64,000 nucleotides of DNA from Phycisphaerae bacterium (lineage in GTDB: Bacteria; Planctomycetota; Phycisphaerae; UBA1845), in NCBI GenBank assembly GCA_016929015.1, contig JAFGJQ010000501.1:26823-90822 (forward strand), written 5' to 3'. Within the stretch, counting starts at the first letter, position 1. The number at the start of each line of letters is the position of its first letter. Position numbers and translations under genes: made by a program. The notes below the pieces were generated by a model. That model was not told the origin of the DNA and searched no databases. It saw nothing but the letters and a program-made list of their open reading frames with translations. This document shows positions 1 to 10,428 of the stretch, one piece after another.

Positions 1-1
1 C

Positions 2-88
2 CAATCCAGCCCCAATGCGTTTCTTTCCATCATCGAGCATTTCCGTCGCGAGATCCCGAGCCGGGTCCCCGTGACGGTCGAAGCGTAG
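2..88 (+). CDS. 3' end of a CDS entering from the left edge (possibly a NuoF/HydB-type flavoprotein subunit; product very tentative)
   Basis: Frame 2 is open from the window edge to TAG at 86-88, giving the tail QSSPNAFLSIIEHFRREIPSRVPVTVEA*. The stop is 9 nt before the hydrogenase ATG, which is operon-like spacing. The ..FR.E.. tail is reminiscent of NuoF-family C-termini, but 28 aa is too little for assignment. Confidence 0.3.
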   Translation, partial: QSSPNAFLSIIEHFRREIPSRVPVTVEA

Positions 89-97
89 GAGTGCCCC

Positions 98-2044
98 ATG
101 AGACAGCAGGATCCTCCCCCTGCCGGGACCGGTCACGCCCCGGTCCGACGGCCTTCCCAGGCAACAGACGTTCCCCACGGCGGTGATCTGATCGGCGCCC
201 TGGTCAGCGTTACGATCGACGACCACACCGTCAAGGTGCCCGTCGGCACGACGATCCTGGATGCGGCCCGCCGGGTCGGCGTGCATATCCCCACGCTGTG
301 CCACCACGACGATCTCTGCGTGGCCGGCGTCTGCCGCGTGTGCGTCGTTGAGGTGGAGGGCCAACGGACGCTCCAGGCGAGCTGCGCCTACCCCATCACC
401 CAGCCCACCACGGTGCGGACACACACCCGCCAGGTACGGCAGGCCCGGCGGCACATCATTGATCTGCTGCTGTCCGAGCATGCCGGCGAATGCACCACCT
501 GCTTCCGCAACGGCAACTGCGAACTCCAGGCGCTGGCCAAGGAGTACGGCGTTGATTCCTTCCGCTTCGGCCGGCCGGACCGGCCCCGGCACAAGGTGGA
601 TCGATCCAGCCACGCCGTGGTCCGCGACATGAACAAATGCGTGCTTTGCCGCCGGTGCGTGCGGACCTGCATCGACCTGCAGGAAGTCGGCGTCCTGGAG
701 GCCGTCGGTCGCGGAGAGGCGACGACGATCGCCACGTACCTGGACAAGCCGCTCGCCGAAATGATCTGCATCAACTGCGGCCAGTGCATCAACCGCTGCC
801 CCACCGGGGCGCTTCGTGCAAACGACCCGACTGACGAGGTCTGGGCCGCAATCGACGATCCGACAAAGCACGTGGTGATCCAGACGGCCCCCAGCCCGCG
901 CGCCGGGATCGGAGAGGAATTCGGCCTGGAGCCGGGCACGCCGATGACCTGGGAGATGAACACCGCACTGCGGCGATGCGGTTTCGACAAGGTGTTCGAC
1001 ACGAACTTCACCGCCGACCTGACGATCATCGAGGAAGGGACGGAGCTGGTTCTGCGGCTTCATAAAAACCTGGTTCAGGGCGATTCGTCGCTTCCGCTGC
1101 CGCAGTTCACGTCATGCAGTCCGGGGTGGATCAAGTACGTCGAGCATTTCTATCCGCAGTACCTGCCTCACGTCTCGACCTGCAAGAGCCCGCAGCAGAT
1201 GTTCGGCGCCCTGATCAAAACGTGGTACGCGCAACTCCACGGGATTGACCCGGCCGGCATCGTGTCGGTGGCGCTCATGCCGTGCTCGGCCAAGAAATTC
1301 GAATGCAACCGGCCGGAGATGTGCGACAGCGGGTACAAGGACGTTGACTACGGGCTGACCACGCGTGAACTGGCGCAGATGATTCGCGAGGCCGGTATCC
1401 ACCTGACCGAGATGCCCAGGAGCGATTTTGACGACCCGTTCGGAACGGCCAGCGGTTCCGGCGTCATCTTCGGTGCGACGGGCGGAGTGATGGAAGCGGC
1501 GCTCCGTTCGGTGATCGAGTTCGTCACCGGCAAGAAGGTCGAGGACTTCTACGCGCACGCGGACATCGTTCCCGTGCGAGGCTTCGAGGGATGCCGCCAT
1601 GCGGAGGTGCAGATTCCGAAGGAAGTGGGCCCCGTGCCGGGGCTCATCCGGCACCTCGTGCCCGACTGGAACTGGCTCAAGGGCGCGACGTTGAAGGTCG
1701 GCGTGGTTCACGGCACGGCCAACGCGCGCAAGGTGATGGAGGACATCAAGGCCGGCGGCCCGTTCAGCCAATGCCACTTCATCGAGTTCATGGCCTGTCC
1801 CGGCGGCTGTCTCGGTGGCGGCGGGCAGCCCATTCCGACCGGCCCCGCGATCCGCGCCGCACGGGCCCGAGCGATCTACGCCGAGGACGCGGCCTACGGC
1901 GAGGCGGGCAAGGCCCGCAAAAGCCATGACAACCCGGCGGTGCTGCGGCTGTACCAGGAGTTCCTGACGGACGGCCCGTGCGGTCACAAGAGCCACCATC
2001 TGCTGCACACGCACTATACGCCGCGCGGCAAGTACATCGGATAA
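98..2044 (+). CDS. hydA: [FeFe] hydrogenase catalytic subunit, CpI-like M3 architecture, with a variant L1 motif
   Basis: AGGAG lies about 6 nt upstream of the ATG. N-terminal 2Fe-2S motif (LCHHDDLCVAGVCRVC), His-ligated cluster (SEHAGECTTCFRNGNC) and two ferredoxin motifs (CVLCRRCVRTC, CINCGQCINRCP). H-domain motifs FDTNFTADLT, FTSCSPGW (L1 variant), MPCSAKKFE (L2), IFGATGGVMEAALR and EFMACPGGCLGGGGQP (L3). The sequence is collinear with my recollection of Clostridium pasteurianum CpI. Confidence 0.9.
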   Translation: MRQQDPPPAGTGHAPVRRPSQATDVPHGGDLIGALVSVTIDDHTVKVPVGTTILDAARRVGVHIPTLCHHDDLCVAGVCRVCVVEVEGQRTLQASCAYPITQPTTVRTHTRQVRQARRHIIDLLLSEHAGECTTCFRNGNCELQALAKEYGVDSFRFGRPDRPRHKVDRSSHAVVRDMNKCVLCRRCVRTCIDLQEVGVLEAVGRGEATTIATYLDKPLAEMICINCGQCINRCPTGALRANDPTDEVWAAIDDPTKHVVIQTAPSPRAGIGEEFGLEPGTPMTWEMNTALRRCGFDKVFDTNFTADLTIIEEGTELVLRLHKNLVQGDSSLPLPQFTSCSPGWIKYVEHFYPQYLPHVSTCKSPQQMFGALIKTWYAQLHGIDPAGIVSVALMPCSAKKFECNRPEMCDSGYKDVDYGLTTRELAQMIREAGIHLTEMPRSDFDDPFGTASGSGVIFGATGGVMEAALRSVIEFVTGKKVEDFYAHADIVPVRGFEGCRHAEVQIPKEVGPVPGLIRHLVPDWNWLKGATLKVGVVHGTANARKVMEDIKAGGPFSQCHFIEFMACPGGCLGGGGQPIPTGPAIRAARARAIYAEDAAYGEAGKARKSHDNPAVLRLYQEFLTDGPCGHKSHHLLHTHYTPRGKYIG

Positions 2045-2092
2045 CGCGTGCATGCGCAATGCGAGTTTCGACAGACACCGGGGAGCGGGAAA

Positions 2093-3160
2093 GTGAATCA
2101 CCTCACGGCGACGAAGAAGGACCTGCTCAGCGTTCCGATCGAGCATCTGGACCTCACGCAAGTCGACTACGCCCGCCAGGTGGACGCGATGGAACGCATG
2201 GCTTTCAGCAGCCGCGACTTGCACCGCGCGGCCCGGATCTACGGCACGATGCTCGGCGATCCGGACTGCGGCATCCTGCTGTGCCTGGCCGGCTCGCTGG
2301 TGTCGGCGGGCCTGAAGAAGGTCTTCGCTGACATGGTTCGCCACCGGATGGTTGACGCCGTTGTCAGCACCGGCGCGAACCTGATCGACCAGGACTTCTT
2401 CGAGGGCCTCGGGTTTCGGCACTACGTCGCCCCGGAACGCTACAAATCCGGCCTGGAGGACGACGTCCTCCGCGAACTCCACATCGACCGCATCTACGAC
2501 ACGTTCATCGACGAGGATGAGCTGCGCGTCTGTGACGACGTCTGCCGGCAGATCTTCGACGGCCTTGCGCCGGGGGTCTATTCCTCACGCGAACTGCTGC
2601 GTGAATTCGGCCGGCATCTCGATGCCCACGGCCGGAACCGAGACTCGCTGCTGCTGGCGGCCTATGAAACAGACGTGCCGGTCTTCGCGCCGGCGTTCTC
2701 CGACTGCTCGGCAGGCTTCGGGCTGGTCGGTCACATCGCCGCCCGTCAGGGAAAACCACGCCTTGTCTGGGACGGCGGCCGTGACTTCTACGAGCTGACG
2801 CAGTTGAAGATCCATTGTCCGAGAACGGGCCTCTTCATGATCGGCGGCGGAGTGCCCAAGAACTTTGCACAAGACATTGTGGTGGCCGCCGAGGTCCTCG
2901 GCCACGAGGTGGAAATGCATCGCTACGCGGTGCAGGTCACGGTGGCCGACGTGCGTGACGGGGCGCTGTCCGGCAGCACGCTCAAGGAGGCGTCGAGCTG
3001 GGGCAAAGTGGACACCGCGTTCGAGCAGATGGTCTACAGTGAGGCCACACTGGCCGTTCCGGCCATCGTCGGTCATGCGTACCACCAGGGCGTCTGGAAA
3101 AAGCGCGTTGCCCGACGCTGGCAGCGGTTCTTCGAGCAGGATGCACTCGCAACCGGCTGA
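2093..3160 (+). CDS. Deoxyhypusine synthase-like protein (DHS / homospermidine synthase family)
   Basis: Motifs LAGSLVSAGLKK, VVSTGANLIDQDFFE and MIGGGVPKNFAQD. The ORF opens at 2048. The start was set at the in-frame GTG 2093, so that the N-terminus (VNHLTATKKDLLSVPIEHLDL) resembles DHS N-termini. The start is uncertain. Confidence 0.75.
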   Translation: MNHLTATKKDLLSVPIEHLDLTQVDYARQVDAMERMAFSSRDLHRAARIYGTMLGDPDCGILLCLAGSLVSAGLKKVFADMVRHRMVDAVVSTGANLIDQDFFEGLGFRHYVAPERYKSGLEDDVLRELHIDRIYDTFIDEDELRVCDDVCRQIFDGLAPGVYSSRELLREFGRHLDAHGRNRDSLLLAAYETDVPVFAPAFSDCSAGFGLVGHIAARQGKPRLVWDGGRDFYELTQLKIHCPRTGLFMIGGGVPKNFAQDIVVAAEVLGHEVEMHRYAVQVTVADVRDGALSGSTLKEASSWGKVDTAFEQMVYSEATLAVPAIVGHAYHQGVWKKRVARRWQRFFEQDALATG

Positions 3161-3201
3161 TTCCGGCGGCCCGGTCAGACCGGCGACGCGTTCGGTGCGG
3201 C

Positions 3202-4362
3202 GTGTGGCGGACAATCGTGTCATTCACGCGAGCCGTCCACCGCCGGCAGGAGGGAGGCACATTGACCGCGACAGGCACTTCGACCGTATCTGCGTTGCCG
3301 CTGCCGGCGGATGAATCGCCAAAGCACTATCTGGTCACCGGCGGCGCGGGGTTCCTGGGCGTCAACCTCGTTCGCTATCTGCTCGCCCGCGGTCACCGGG
3401 TGACCTCGTTCGATCTGGCCCCGTTTGACTATGACGATTGCCGGGCGCTCGTCCGCGAGGTCCGTGGCGACATTCGCGATCCCGAATTCGTGCGTGAGGC
3501 GTTGAAGGGCGCCCAAATCGTGGTGCATTGCGCCGCCGCGCTGCCGCTTTACTCGCCGGAGGACATCCGGTCCACCGACGTGGACGGCACGCGTCAGGTG
3601 GCGGAGGCGGCCCGCGAAGCGAAGTGCGAGCGAATCATCCACGTCTCATCAACGGCGGTTTACGGCATTCCCGATCACCATCCGCTGCTGGAGGACGACG
3701 CCCTGGACGGCGTGGGCCCGTATGGGCGGGCCAAGGTGGACGCGGAGGCCGTCTGCGTCGAGATGCGGGAATGGCACGGTTTGTGCCTGCCGATCCTCCG
3801 ACCCAAGAGCTTCATCGGTCCGGAGCGGCTCGGCGTTTTTGCCCTGCTTTACGATTGGGCCAAGGACGGACACGGCTTCCCGATGATCGGGTCGGGCCGC
3901 AATCGGTACCAGTTGCTCGACGTGGAGGACCTATGCGACGCGATCTATCTGTGCTGCACGCTGGGCACCGAGCGGGTCAACGACGTGTTCAACGTCGGGG
4001 CGGCGGATTTTCTCACCATGCGCGAGGATTACCAGGCCGTTCTCGACCGTGCGGGCTTCGGGAAGAGGGTGGTCGGCCTGCCGGCCGGCCCGGCGATCCG
4101 GACGCTGCGCCTCCTCGAGCGGCTCAAGCTGAGCCCGCTGTACCAGTGGGTCTATGAAACGGCCTCAAGGGATTCGTTCGTGTCCATCGAGCGGGCCGAG
4201 CGGGTGCTGGGCTTTCGCCCGAAGTACAGCAACGCAGACGCACTCGTGAGAAACTACGAATGGTATCTGGCCAATCTGCAGAGGTTTCGAAGCGCCACCG
4301 GCATCTCGCATCGCGTGCCGTGGAGGCAGGGCGTCCTGCGCCTCGCGAAAGTGTTCTTCTGA
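3202..4362 (+). CDS. NAD-dependent epimerase/dehydratase (extended SDR)
   Basis: Rossmann motif YLVTGGAGFLGVNLVRYLLARGH and catalytic YGRAK (YxxxK). The true start is probably downstream of 3202, because the ORF has about 40 aa before the GxxGxxG. Confidence 0.8.
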   Translation: MWRTIVSFTRAVHRRQEGGTLTATGTSTVSALPLPADESPKHYLVTGGAGFLGVNLVRYLLARGHRVTSFDLAPFDYDDCRALVREVRGDIRDPEFVREALKGAQIVVHCAAALPLYSPEDIRSTDVDGTRQVAEAAREAKCERIIHVSSTAVYGIPDHHPLLEDDALDGVGPYGRAKVDAEAVCVEMREWHGLCLPILRPKSFIGPERLGVFALLYDWAKDGHGFPMIGSGRNRYQLLDVEDLCDAIYLCCTLGTERVNDVFNVGAADFLTMREDYQAVLDRAGFGKRVVGLPAGPAIRTLRLLERLKLSPLYQWVYETASRDSFVSIERAERVLGFRPKYSNADALVRNYEWYLANLQRFRSATGISHRVPWRQGVLRLAKVFF

Positions 4363-4383
4363 CGCGCGTACTGAGGGCGTGAC

Positions 4384-5334
4384 ATGATAGCGGTCACCGG
4401 CGCGGCCGGCTTCATCGGATCCAATCTGGCTCATCGTCTGGCACGCGACGGCTGCGAACTGCTTCTCGTCGACCGCAAGCCGACGGTGGAGAAGCTGCCG
4501 AATCTCGCCGGCCTGACAATCGCAAACGTGCTGCTCCACGACGAGTTCCTCGATCGGCTCGAATCGAACCGCGTGTCGCCGGACGCCGTGTTCCACATCG
4601 GCGCGTGCAGCACCACGACCGAGGCGAACTGGCCCTTCCTCGTCGAGACCAACGTTCACTATTCGCAGCGACTGTGGAATTGGTGCGCCGCACGCCGTCG
4701 CCCGTTTCTCTACGCCTCCAGCGCGGCCACCTACGGTGACGGCCGCCAGGGGTTCGACGACCGCACGCATCCGTCCCTGCTCCGGCCGCTGAATCTCTAC
4801 GGCCGGAGCAAGAACGATTTCGACGCATGGGCCCTGCGGCAGGCGGAACCGGGTCGGCCGGCGCCGCCGCGCTGGGCCGGGCTGAAGTTCTTCAACGTGT
4901 ACGGCCCCCGCGAGCAGCACAAGGGCCGCATGGCCAGCGTCGTTTGGCATGCGTACCGGCAGATTCGCAGGACGGGTGAAATGCGGCTGTTCCGCTCCGA
5001 TGATCCGGCCATTGCCGACGGCGAGCAGCGGCGCGACTTCGTGTTCGTGGAGGACTGCATCGAGCACATGCTGTGGCTGTGGAAGCGTTCCGCGCCCAAC
5101 GGTCTCTACAACTCCGGCACGGGAACGGCACGGACGTTCCTCGACCTGACCTGTGCCGTGTTCGCCGTTCTGGGAAGAGAGCCCTGCATTTCGTTTATCG
5201 ACCTGCCCGGCGACCTGGCGGGCCGGTACCAGAACCACACGCAAGCGGACATGAGCCGGCTGCACGGGGCCGGGTACGCCCGCCCGCCCACATCGCTCGA
5301 AGAGGGCGTGCGAAGAACGCTCCGCGACGCTTGA
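4384..5334 (+). CDS. hldD: ADP-L-glycero-D-manno-heptose 6-epimerase
   Basis: MIAVTGAAGFIGSNLAHRL, NLYGRSKNDFD, KFFNVYGPREQHKGRMASVV, RDFVFVEDC and GRYQNHTQADMSRL. The sequence is collinear with E. coli HldD/RfaD as I recall it. Confidence 0.85.
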   Translation: MIAVTGAAGFIGSNLAHRLARDGCELLLVDRKPTVEKLPNLAGLTIANVLLHDEFLDRLESNRVSPDAVFHIGACSTTTEANWPFLVETNVHYSQRLWNWCAARRRPFLYASSAATYGDGRQGFDDRTHPSLLRPLNLYGRSKNDFDAWALRQAEPGRPAPPRWAGLKFFNVYGPREQHKGRMASVVWHAYRQIRRTGEMRLFRSDDPAIADGEQRRDFVFVEDCIEHMLWLWKRSAPNGLYNSGTGTARTFLDLTCAVFAVLGREPCISFIDLPGDLAGRYQNHTQADMSRLHGAGYARPPTSLEEGVRRTLRDA

Positions 5335-5755
5335 CCACGTGCGACGACCGCTGTGACCGACCGAACGCGACGGGGCGGGCGGCAATGCAATCGGGAACAC
5401 GCGCGGGGGCCTGGATCGCGATTGGACACTCGCAAGCAGAGGGCGCCGTCGTGTGCTGCGCCGCCGGCTGCCGGGTTCACCCTTTCGTTCCCCCGGGGCA
5501 GAGCGGTCTCTCGTCCGAGAATCCCGTCTGTCGCATACACGGCGCTGCGGTGTCCACGGTTGCGGCCGGACAGACGCAAGAATGCCTCGGTTGCCGTTGC
5601 ACCGTCTCCGTCCGGCTCGGCAGGGGGTGTCCGATAACGCGTGCAAAAGAGGTAAACCCCGCGGCGGCTTTGGATTGGACGCCGTTTCACGGTTCTCCGA
5701 TGAATAGAGCGGAATTCCGCGATGGACGCACTTCCTGTCCCCGAAGGAGGATTCT

Positions 5756-8700
5756 TTGGATCTCGCGGAGGGCGTGCCGACAACTCAGCCGCAGGTCATC
5801 GCCGTTGACAAGGACAAGTGTGTCAACTGCCACGCCTGCATCTCGGCCTGTCCGGTCAAGTACTGCAACGACGGCAGCGGCGACTACGTAAAGGTCGACG
5901 CCGACACCTGCATCGGCTGCGGCAATTGCCTCAAGGCCTGTCTGCACGGGGCCCGCCGGTACGTCGATGACTTCGACGCATTCCTTGCGGACCTGGCGGA
6001 CGGCATGCCCATCGTGGGGATTGTCGCGCCTTCGGCGGCGGCGAGTTTCCCCGGAACGTACCTGAACCTCGTTGGTTGGCTGAAGGGCAAAGGCCTGCGA
6101 GGCGCATTCGACGTCAGTTTCGGCGCTGAACTGACTGCATACTCTCTGATCGAGCACATCCGGACGAATAGCCCCCGGCTTGTCATTGCCTCGCCGTGTC
6201 CTGCCATCGTTACGTTCATCCAGACGTACCGCCCGGAGCTGCTGGAGTACCTGGCCCCGATCGATTCACCGATGCTCCACACGATCAAGATGATCCGGGC
6301 GTACTACCCGCAGTTTGCCGACTGTCGGATCGCCGCCATCTCTCCCTGCGCCGCCAAAAAGCGGGAACTCGTGGACGGCGGGTGCGAAGGCTACAACATC
6401 ACGTTCCAATCCCTGGCTCGTTACCTCCGCGAAAGCGGCATCGACTTGTCGCGCGAGCCCGCGGGAGCATTCGAGAACCCGTCGGCTGAGCGTGCCGTAT
6501 CGTTCTCCACCCCGGGCGGCCTGCTCCACACGGCCCAGCGCTGGATGCCGGAGTTGGCCGAACGGACCCGGCAGATCGAAGGCAGCCCGGTCGTCTATGA
6601 ATACCTTCGGGCGCTGCCCGGCGTGCTGGCGCAGGGTCGCGCCCCGCTGCTGGTCGACTGCCTGAGCTGTGAATTCGGCTGCAACGCCGGTCCGGCCGCA
6701 CTGACGCGCGCCCAATCTCCGGATGAGATCGAGTACTGGATCCGCAAACGCATGGAGGCCGTGAAGACCCGGTGCGCGGATGCGGCGTCCGCAGGCCCCG
6801 ACGACGACGTCCGCGACATCACGGAGACGCTGTCCCGATACTGGCAGAGCGGTCTCTACGTGCGGCAGTACAGAGACCAGCACAGCCGGAACCGGATCCG
6901 GATTCCCGACGAGCGAAGCCGCTGGGTCATTCTCGGCCAGATGCACAAGTACTCGGAGGCCGACCTGTACAACTGCACGTCGTGCGGATACCTTTCGTGT
7001 GAGGGGATGGCCACCGCCATCTACAACGGCCGGAACAAACCCGAGAACTGCCACTTCTACCTGGCCCGGGAGCGGGAGATTTCTCATCGGGAGATGATCG
7101 AGCGAGAGAAGCGTTTTCGAAACATCCTCACCACGTGCATCGAGGGCTTCGTCTCCGTTGACAACGACTTCGTGATCCAGGAGATCAACCCGGCCCTCTG
7201 CCGCATGTTCGGCATGGGACCGGACCGGATCGTCGGCCGCAGTCTGCGCGACCTGACCGACGACTCGGGCAAAATGGAATTCGACCGCCAGCTCGAGCTT
7301 CGCAAGGCGGGCAACTCCAGTGTCTACGAAATCCGCATGATCCGCGGCGATGGCAAGGCCGTGGACTGCATCTTCAGCGCTTCGCCGATCCGGGACGGCA
7401 ACGGCCGCCGCGTGGGCTCCTTTGCGATGGTCACGGACATCACGGCGCGCAAGCAGGCCGAAGAGGCATTGCGGACGGCCCGTGACGACCTGGAACAGCG
7501 CGTTCAGGAGCGCACCGCGCAGTTGGCCCGAACAAACGAGAACCTGCACGTCGAGGTTGCCGAACGCAAGCGGGCGGAGGCCGCGCGGCATCTCAACGAA
7601 ATCCGGCTCGAGGCAATGCTCCGGCTCTACTCCATGAAGGAACGGAGCGTCAAAGAAATCAGCGACTTTGCCCTCGAACACGCCGTTGCCATCACGGACA
7701 GCCGGATCGGGTACCTGGCCTTCCTGAACGACGACGAAAGCGTTCTGACCATGTACTCCTGGTCCAGGAACGCGATGGCCGAGTGCGCCATCGTTGAAAA
7801 GCCGGTCGAGTACGCCGTGCACACGACGGGACTGTGGGGCGAGGCCGTTCGCCAACGCCGGCCGATCATCACGAACGACTACGCGGCGCCGAACCCGCAC
7901 AAGAAAGGCACACCGCCCGGCCACGTGCCGATCGTCCGCCACATGAACGTTCCCGTGTTCGAAGGCGACAGGATCGTGCTGGTGGCCGGCGTGGGCAACA
8001 AGGCCGCCGACTATGATGAGATGGACGTTCGGCAGCTCACCCTGCTGATGAACGGCATGTGGGACATCATCCGCCTCAAGCGGTCGCAAGAGGCCCTGCG
8101 GGCCGCCAAGGAGGCGGCGGAGGCGGCCACGCGTGCCAAGAGCGATTTTCTGGCGGTGATGAGCCATGAAATCCGCACGCCGATGAGCGGCGTGATCGGC
8201 ATGTTGGATGTGCTTCTCAAGTCACCCCAGCCGTCCGATCAGCAGCATAATACGCGGATGGCGCGAGACAGCGCGGAACTGCTGCTGGCGATCCTGGAGG
8301 ACATTCTGGACACGTCTCGGATCGAGGCCGGCAAGCTGTTGCTGGAAGCGATTCCCTTCCATCCCCGCGAAGTCCTCCTCCAGACCGTTGAGAGCTTCCA
8401 ATTACGGGCCCAGGCGAAGGGCCTGACCCTGACGTGCAACGTGGAAGCGAACGTTCCTCGGACGCTGGTCGGCGACCCGACGCGGCTCCGCCAGATCCTG
8501 AACAACCTGATTGCAAACGCCATCAAGTTCACCGATCAGGGCGGCGTGATCGTTCACGCCGTGTGCAAGGAGCGAACGGCAGGCGACGTGACCCTGGAGG
8601 TCAGCGTGCGTGACTCCGGCGTGGGCATTGCTCCGCATGCGTTGACCCGTCTGTTCGAGAAATTCCATCAGGCGGATACGTCCACCACCCGCAAGTACGG

Positions 8701-9760
8701 CGGAACGGGCCTGGGGTTGTCGATCTGCAAGGGACTGATCGATCTGATGGGCGGCACCATCGAAGTGGAGAGCGAACCGGGGCGTGGGTCCCTGTTCCGG
8801 TTCCGCGTGAAGCTGCCGATCGCAAGTCCCGAACAATCGGTCGAATCGTCCCGCAAGGACCGCCCTGTCGGCCCTGAGCCGCGACACGACCATTGCCTGC
8901 GCATCCTCTACGCGGAAGACGACCAGACGAATCAGGCGATTATCCGTATCCTGGTCGAACGCATGGGCCACCGGATTGACGTTGTAAACGACGGCCAGGA
9001 GGCCGTAGCCGCCCTGAGCGCTCGACGCTACGACGCCGTTCTCATGGACGGTCGGATGCCCGTGATGGACGGCTTTGCGGCGACCCGGGCCGTGCGCGAC
9101 CGCTCTTCGTTCGTGCTTGACCACGACGTGTACATCATTGCCCTCACCGCGAATACGTCGGCCGCGGACCGGGAGCGGTGTCTGGCCGCCGGCATGAACG
9201 ACTACCTGCGCAAGCCGGTCAAGGGGACCGAGCTGTTTGACGCCCTGGCTCGCACGATCCGCCATCTGACGTCGCACGGCGTGGCCCTCCCGGCGTTGTC
9301 CGGCCAGACGGAAGAATGCCCGGCTGCCCCGCCGGCCGTTCCGCCGCCCGCCCCGGTCCATCCCACGCCGGCGGTGGCGCCGGACGCGGCGCCGTCGATC
9401 GACCTGGCCACGGCGATTCAGGAACTCGGCGGACGGGACGTGGTTGACCGTCTGTTGGCTCGGTTTCTGACAGACGCCGAAACACAGCTTGGGATCCTGC
9501 ATGCGGCGCTGGAACCGCTGGAGCGCAAGACGTTGGAGCACATCGCGCACAAGCTCAAAGGCGCCGCGGCCGCATTGAAGGCCGCACCGCTGGCGCATCG
9601 CTCCGCCCAGCTCGAGGCGGCCGCCGCCACGGCGGAGCTCGCCGAGCTGCAGCGGCTCGCGCAATCCATGACGGAAGAACTGAAGCGCCTGGGCAACGTC
9701 GCGGGAGTCGTCCCGGATGTCGAGGAGAACGCATCACACGCCCGGCCTGCGAGTGGATGA
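5756..9760 (+). CDS. Hybrid sensor histidine kinase with an N-terminal ferredoxin plus [FeFe]-hydrogenase-like (HydS-type) sensory domain, then Fe-S domain, PAS, GAF, HisKA/HATPase, REC and Hpt
   Basis: AAGGAGG lies 5 nt upstream of a TTG start. 2x[4Fe-4S] ([23 protein letters not shown]). H-domain-like motifs [18 protein letters not shown] (L1-like), [10 protein letters not shown] (L2), FSTPGGLLH and [13 protein letters not shown] (L3-like). [17 protein letters not shown] is an RnfB/CFeSP-type Fe-S domain. PAS ([16 protein letters not shown]...), GAF ([14 protein letters not shown]...[18 protein letters not shown]), H-box [11 protein letters not shown]-box [11 protein letters not shown]-boxes DSGVGI and [13 protein letters not shown]. 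Receiver ([11 protein letters not shown]...[12 protein letters not shown]...KP) and Hpt ([13 protein letters not shown]). Confidence 0.9.
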   Translation: MDLAEGVPTTQPQVIAVDKDKCVNCHACISACPVKYCNDGSGDYVKVDADTCIGCGNCLKACLHGARRYVDDFDAFLADLADGMPIVGIVAPSAAASFPGTYLNLVGWLKGKGLRGAFDVSFGAELTAYSLIEHIRTNSPRLVIASPCPAIVTFIQTYRPELLEYLAPIDSPMLHTIKMIRAYYPQFADCRIAAISPCAAKKRELVDGGCEGYNITFQSLARYLRESGIDLSREPAGAFENPSAERAVSFSTPGGLLHTAQRWMPELAERTRQIEGSPVVYEYLRALPGVLAQGRAPLLVDCLSCEFGCNAGPAALTRAQSPDEIEYWIRKRMEAVKTRCADAASAGPDDDVRDITETLSRYWQSGLYVRQYRDQHSRNRIRIPDERSRWVILGQMHKYSEADLYNCTSCGYLSCEGMATAIYNGRNKPENCHFYLAREREISHREMIEREKRFRNILTTCIEGFVSVDNDFVIQEINPALCRMFGMGPDRIVGRSLRDLTDDSGKMEFDRQLELRKAGNSSVYEIRMIRGDGKAVDCIFSASPIRDGNGRRVGSFAMVTDITARKQAEEALRTARDDLEQRVQERTAQLARTNENLHVEVAERKRAEAARHLNEIRLEAMLRLYSMKERSVKEISDFALEHAVAITDSRIGYLAFLNDDESVLTMYSWSRNAMAECAIVEKPVEYAVHTTGLWGEAVRQRRPIITNDYAAPNPHKKGTPPGHVPIVRHMNVPVFEGDRIVLVAGVGNKAADYDEMDVRQLTLLMNGMWDIIRLKRSQEALRAAKEAAEAATRAKSDFLAVMSHEIRTPMSGVIGMLDVLLKSPQPSDQQHNTRMARDSAELLLAILEDILDTSRIEAGKLLLEAIPFHPREVLLQTVESFQLRAQAKGLTLTCNVEANVPRTLVGDPTRLRQILNNLIANAIKFTDQGGVIVHAVCKERTAGDVTLEVSVRDSGVGIAPHALTRLFEKFHQADTSTTRKYGGTGLGLSICKGLIDLMGGTIEVESEPGRGSLFRFRVKLPIASPEQSVESSRKDRPVGPEPRHDHCLRILYAEDDQTNQAIIRILVERMGHRIDVVNDGQEAVAALSARRYDAVLMDGRMPVMDGFAATRAVRDRSSFVLDHDVYIIALTANTSAADRERCLAAGMNDYLRKPVKGTELFDALARTIRHLTSHGVALPALSGQTEECPAAPPAVPPPAPVHPTPAVAPDAAPSIDLATAIQELGGRDVVDRLLARFLTDAETQLGILHAALEPLERKTLEHIAHKLKGAAAALKAAPLAHRSAQLEAAAATAELAELQRLAQSMTEELKRLGNVAGVVPDVEENASHARPASG

Positions 9761-9788
9761 CGTTTGTTCCGGGACGGCCCGGTTGCGG

Positions 9789-10370
9789 TCACCAGTCATC
9801 TGACACGCGAAACCAGTACCAATCCTCAGCCAGCGGATGCAGTTCGTAGTGGGCCCGGCCGAACGGCGTGCCCGCCCGGTTGGGCCGGTACACGAAGCCA
9901 TACGAGACGCAGTCAACCATGTCCGGGTGCCGGTATACGACCAGATACTGCCCCCCGGCCGGGTCTTCGGCGTGCTCGATGACGCGATACACGCCCAGCC
10001 GGTGCGCACTGCTGCCCGTGGGGTCTGATTCCGGCGCTTCGGCCACGAATTGTTCGAACGCGGATCGCGAAGCCGCGAAGGCGATTCGACGCGGCACGTA
10101 GAACTTCAAAAGGGCACACGTGAGGCAGAGGATTGCCGCCGCCGCGGCTGCCTGCCGCCACGGAACGCGGATCTGTTTCAGCTTTCCGCGCCGGGCCAGC
10201 ACGATCAGGCAAACGACCGCACCCAGGCCGACCACCGGCACGACGACCAGCGCCAGCAGCACGCCGAAGAACAACCCCTGATTCAGCACACCCGGGTAGA
10301 TGCTGACGCCCAGCGCAGCCGCGCAACAGATCGCCAGAAGAGCAACGCCGATGCTCGCCGCCGTCCTCAT
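9789..10370 (-). CDS. Hypothetical membrane protein
   Basis: The start was set at ATG 10370 (MRTAASIGVALLAICCAAALG...), because the longer ORF (to 10589) would read through the tRNA-Leu gene. There are three predicted hydrophobic helices and then a soluble C-terminal domain. No family was recognised. Confidence 0.5.
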   Translation of the reverse strand: MRTAASIGVALLAICCAAALGVSIYPGVLNQGLFFGVLLALVVVPVVGLGAVVCLIVLARRGKLKQIRVPWRQAAAAAAILCLTCALLKFYVPRRIAFAASRSAFEQFVAEAPESDPTGSSAHRLGVYRVIEHAEDPAGGQYLVVYRHPDMVDCVSYGFVYRPNRAGTPFGRAHYELHPLAEDWYWFRVSDDW

Positions 10371-10428
10371 TCGCGACTGCGCCTCGTTACGCCAGCAGCA
10401 CAGAAAGAAACGATCACCCGCGATAGAC

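Noticed and set aside
1112-2482. 456-aa minus-strand ORF
   Set aside because: It is entirely antisense to the strongly supported hydA and DHS-like genes. Its composition is Arg/Ala/His/Val-rich and low-complexity, and no motif is present. This is a typical shadow ORF of a high-GC genome.
6266-8167. 633-aa minus-strand ORF
   Set aside because: It is antisense to the sensor kinase, whose PAS, GAF and HisKA motifs are unambiguous on the + strand. It has no recognisable domain.
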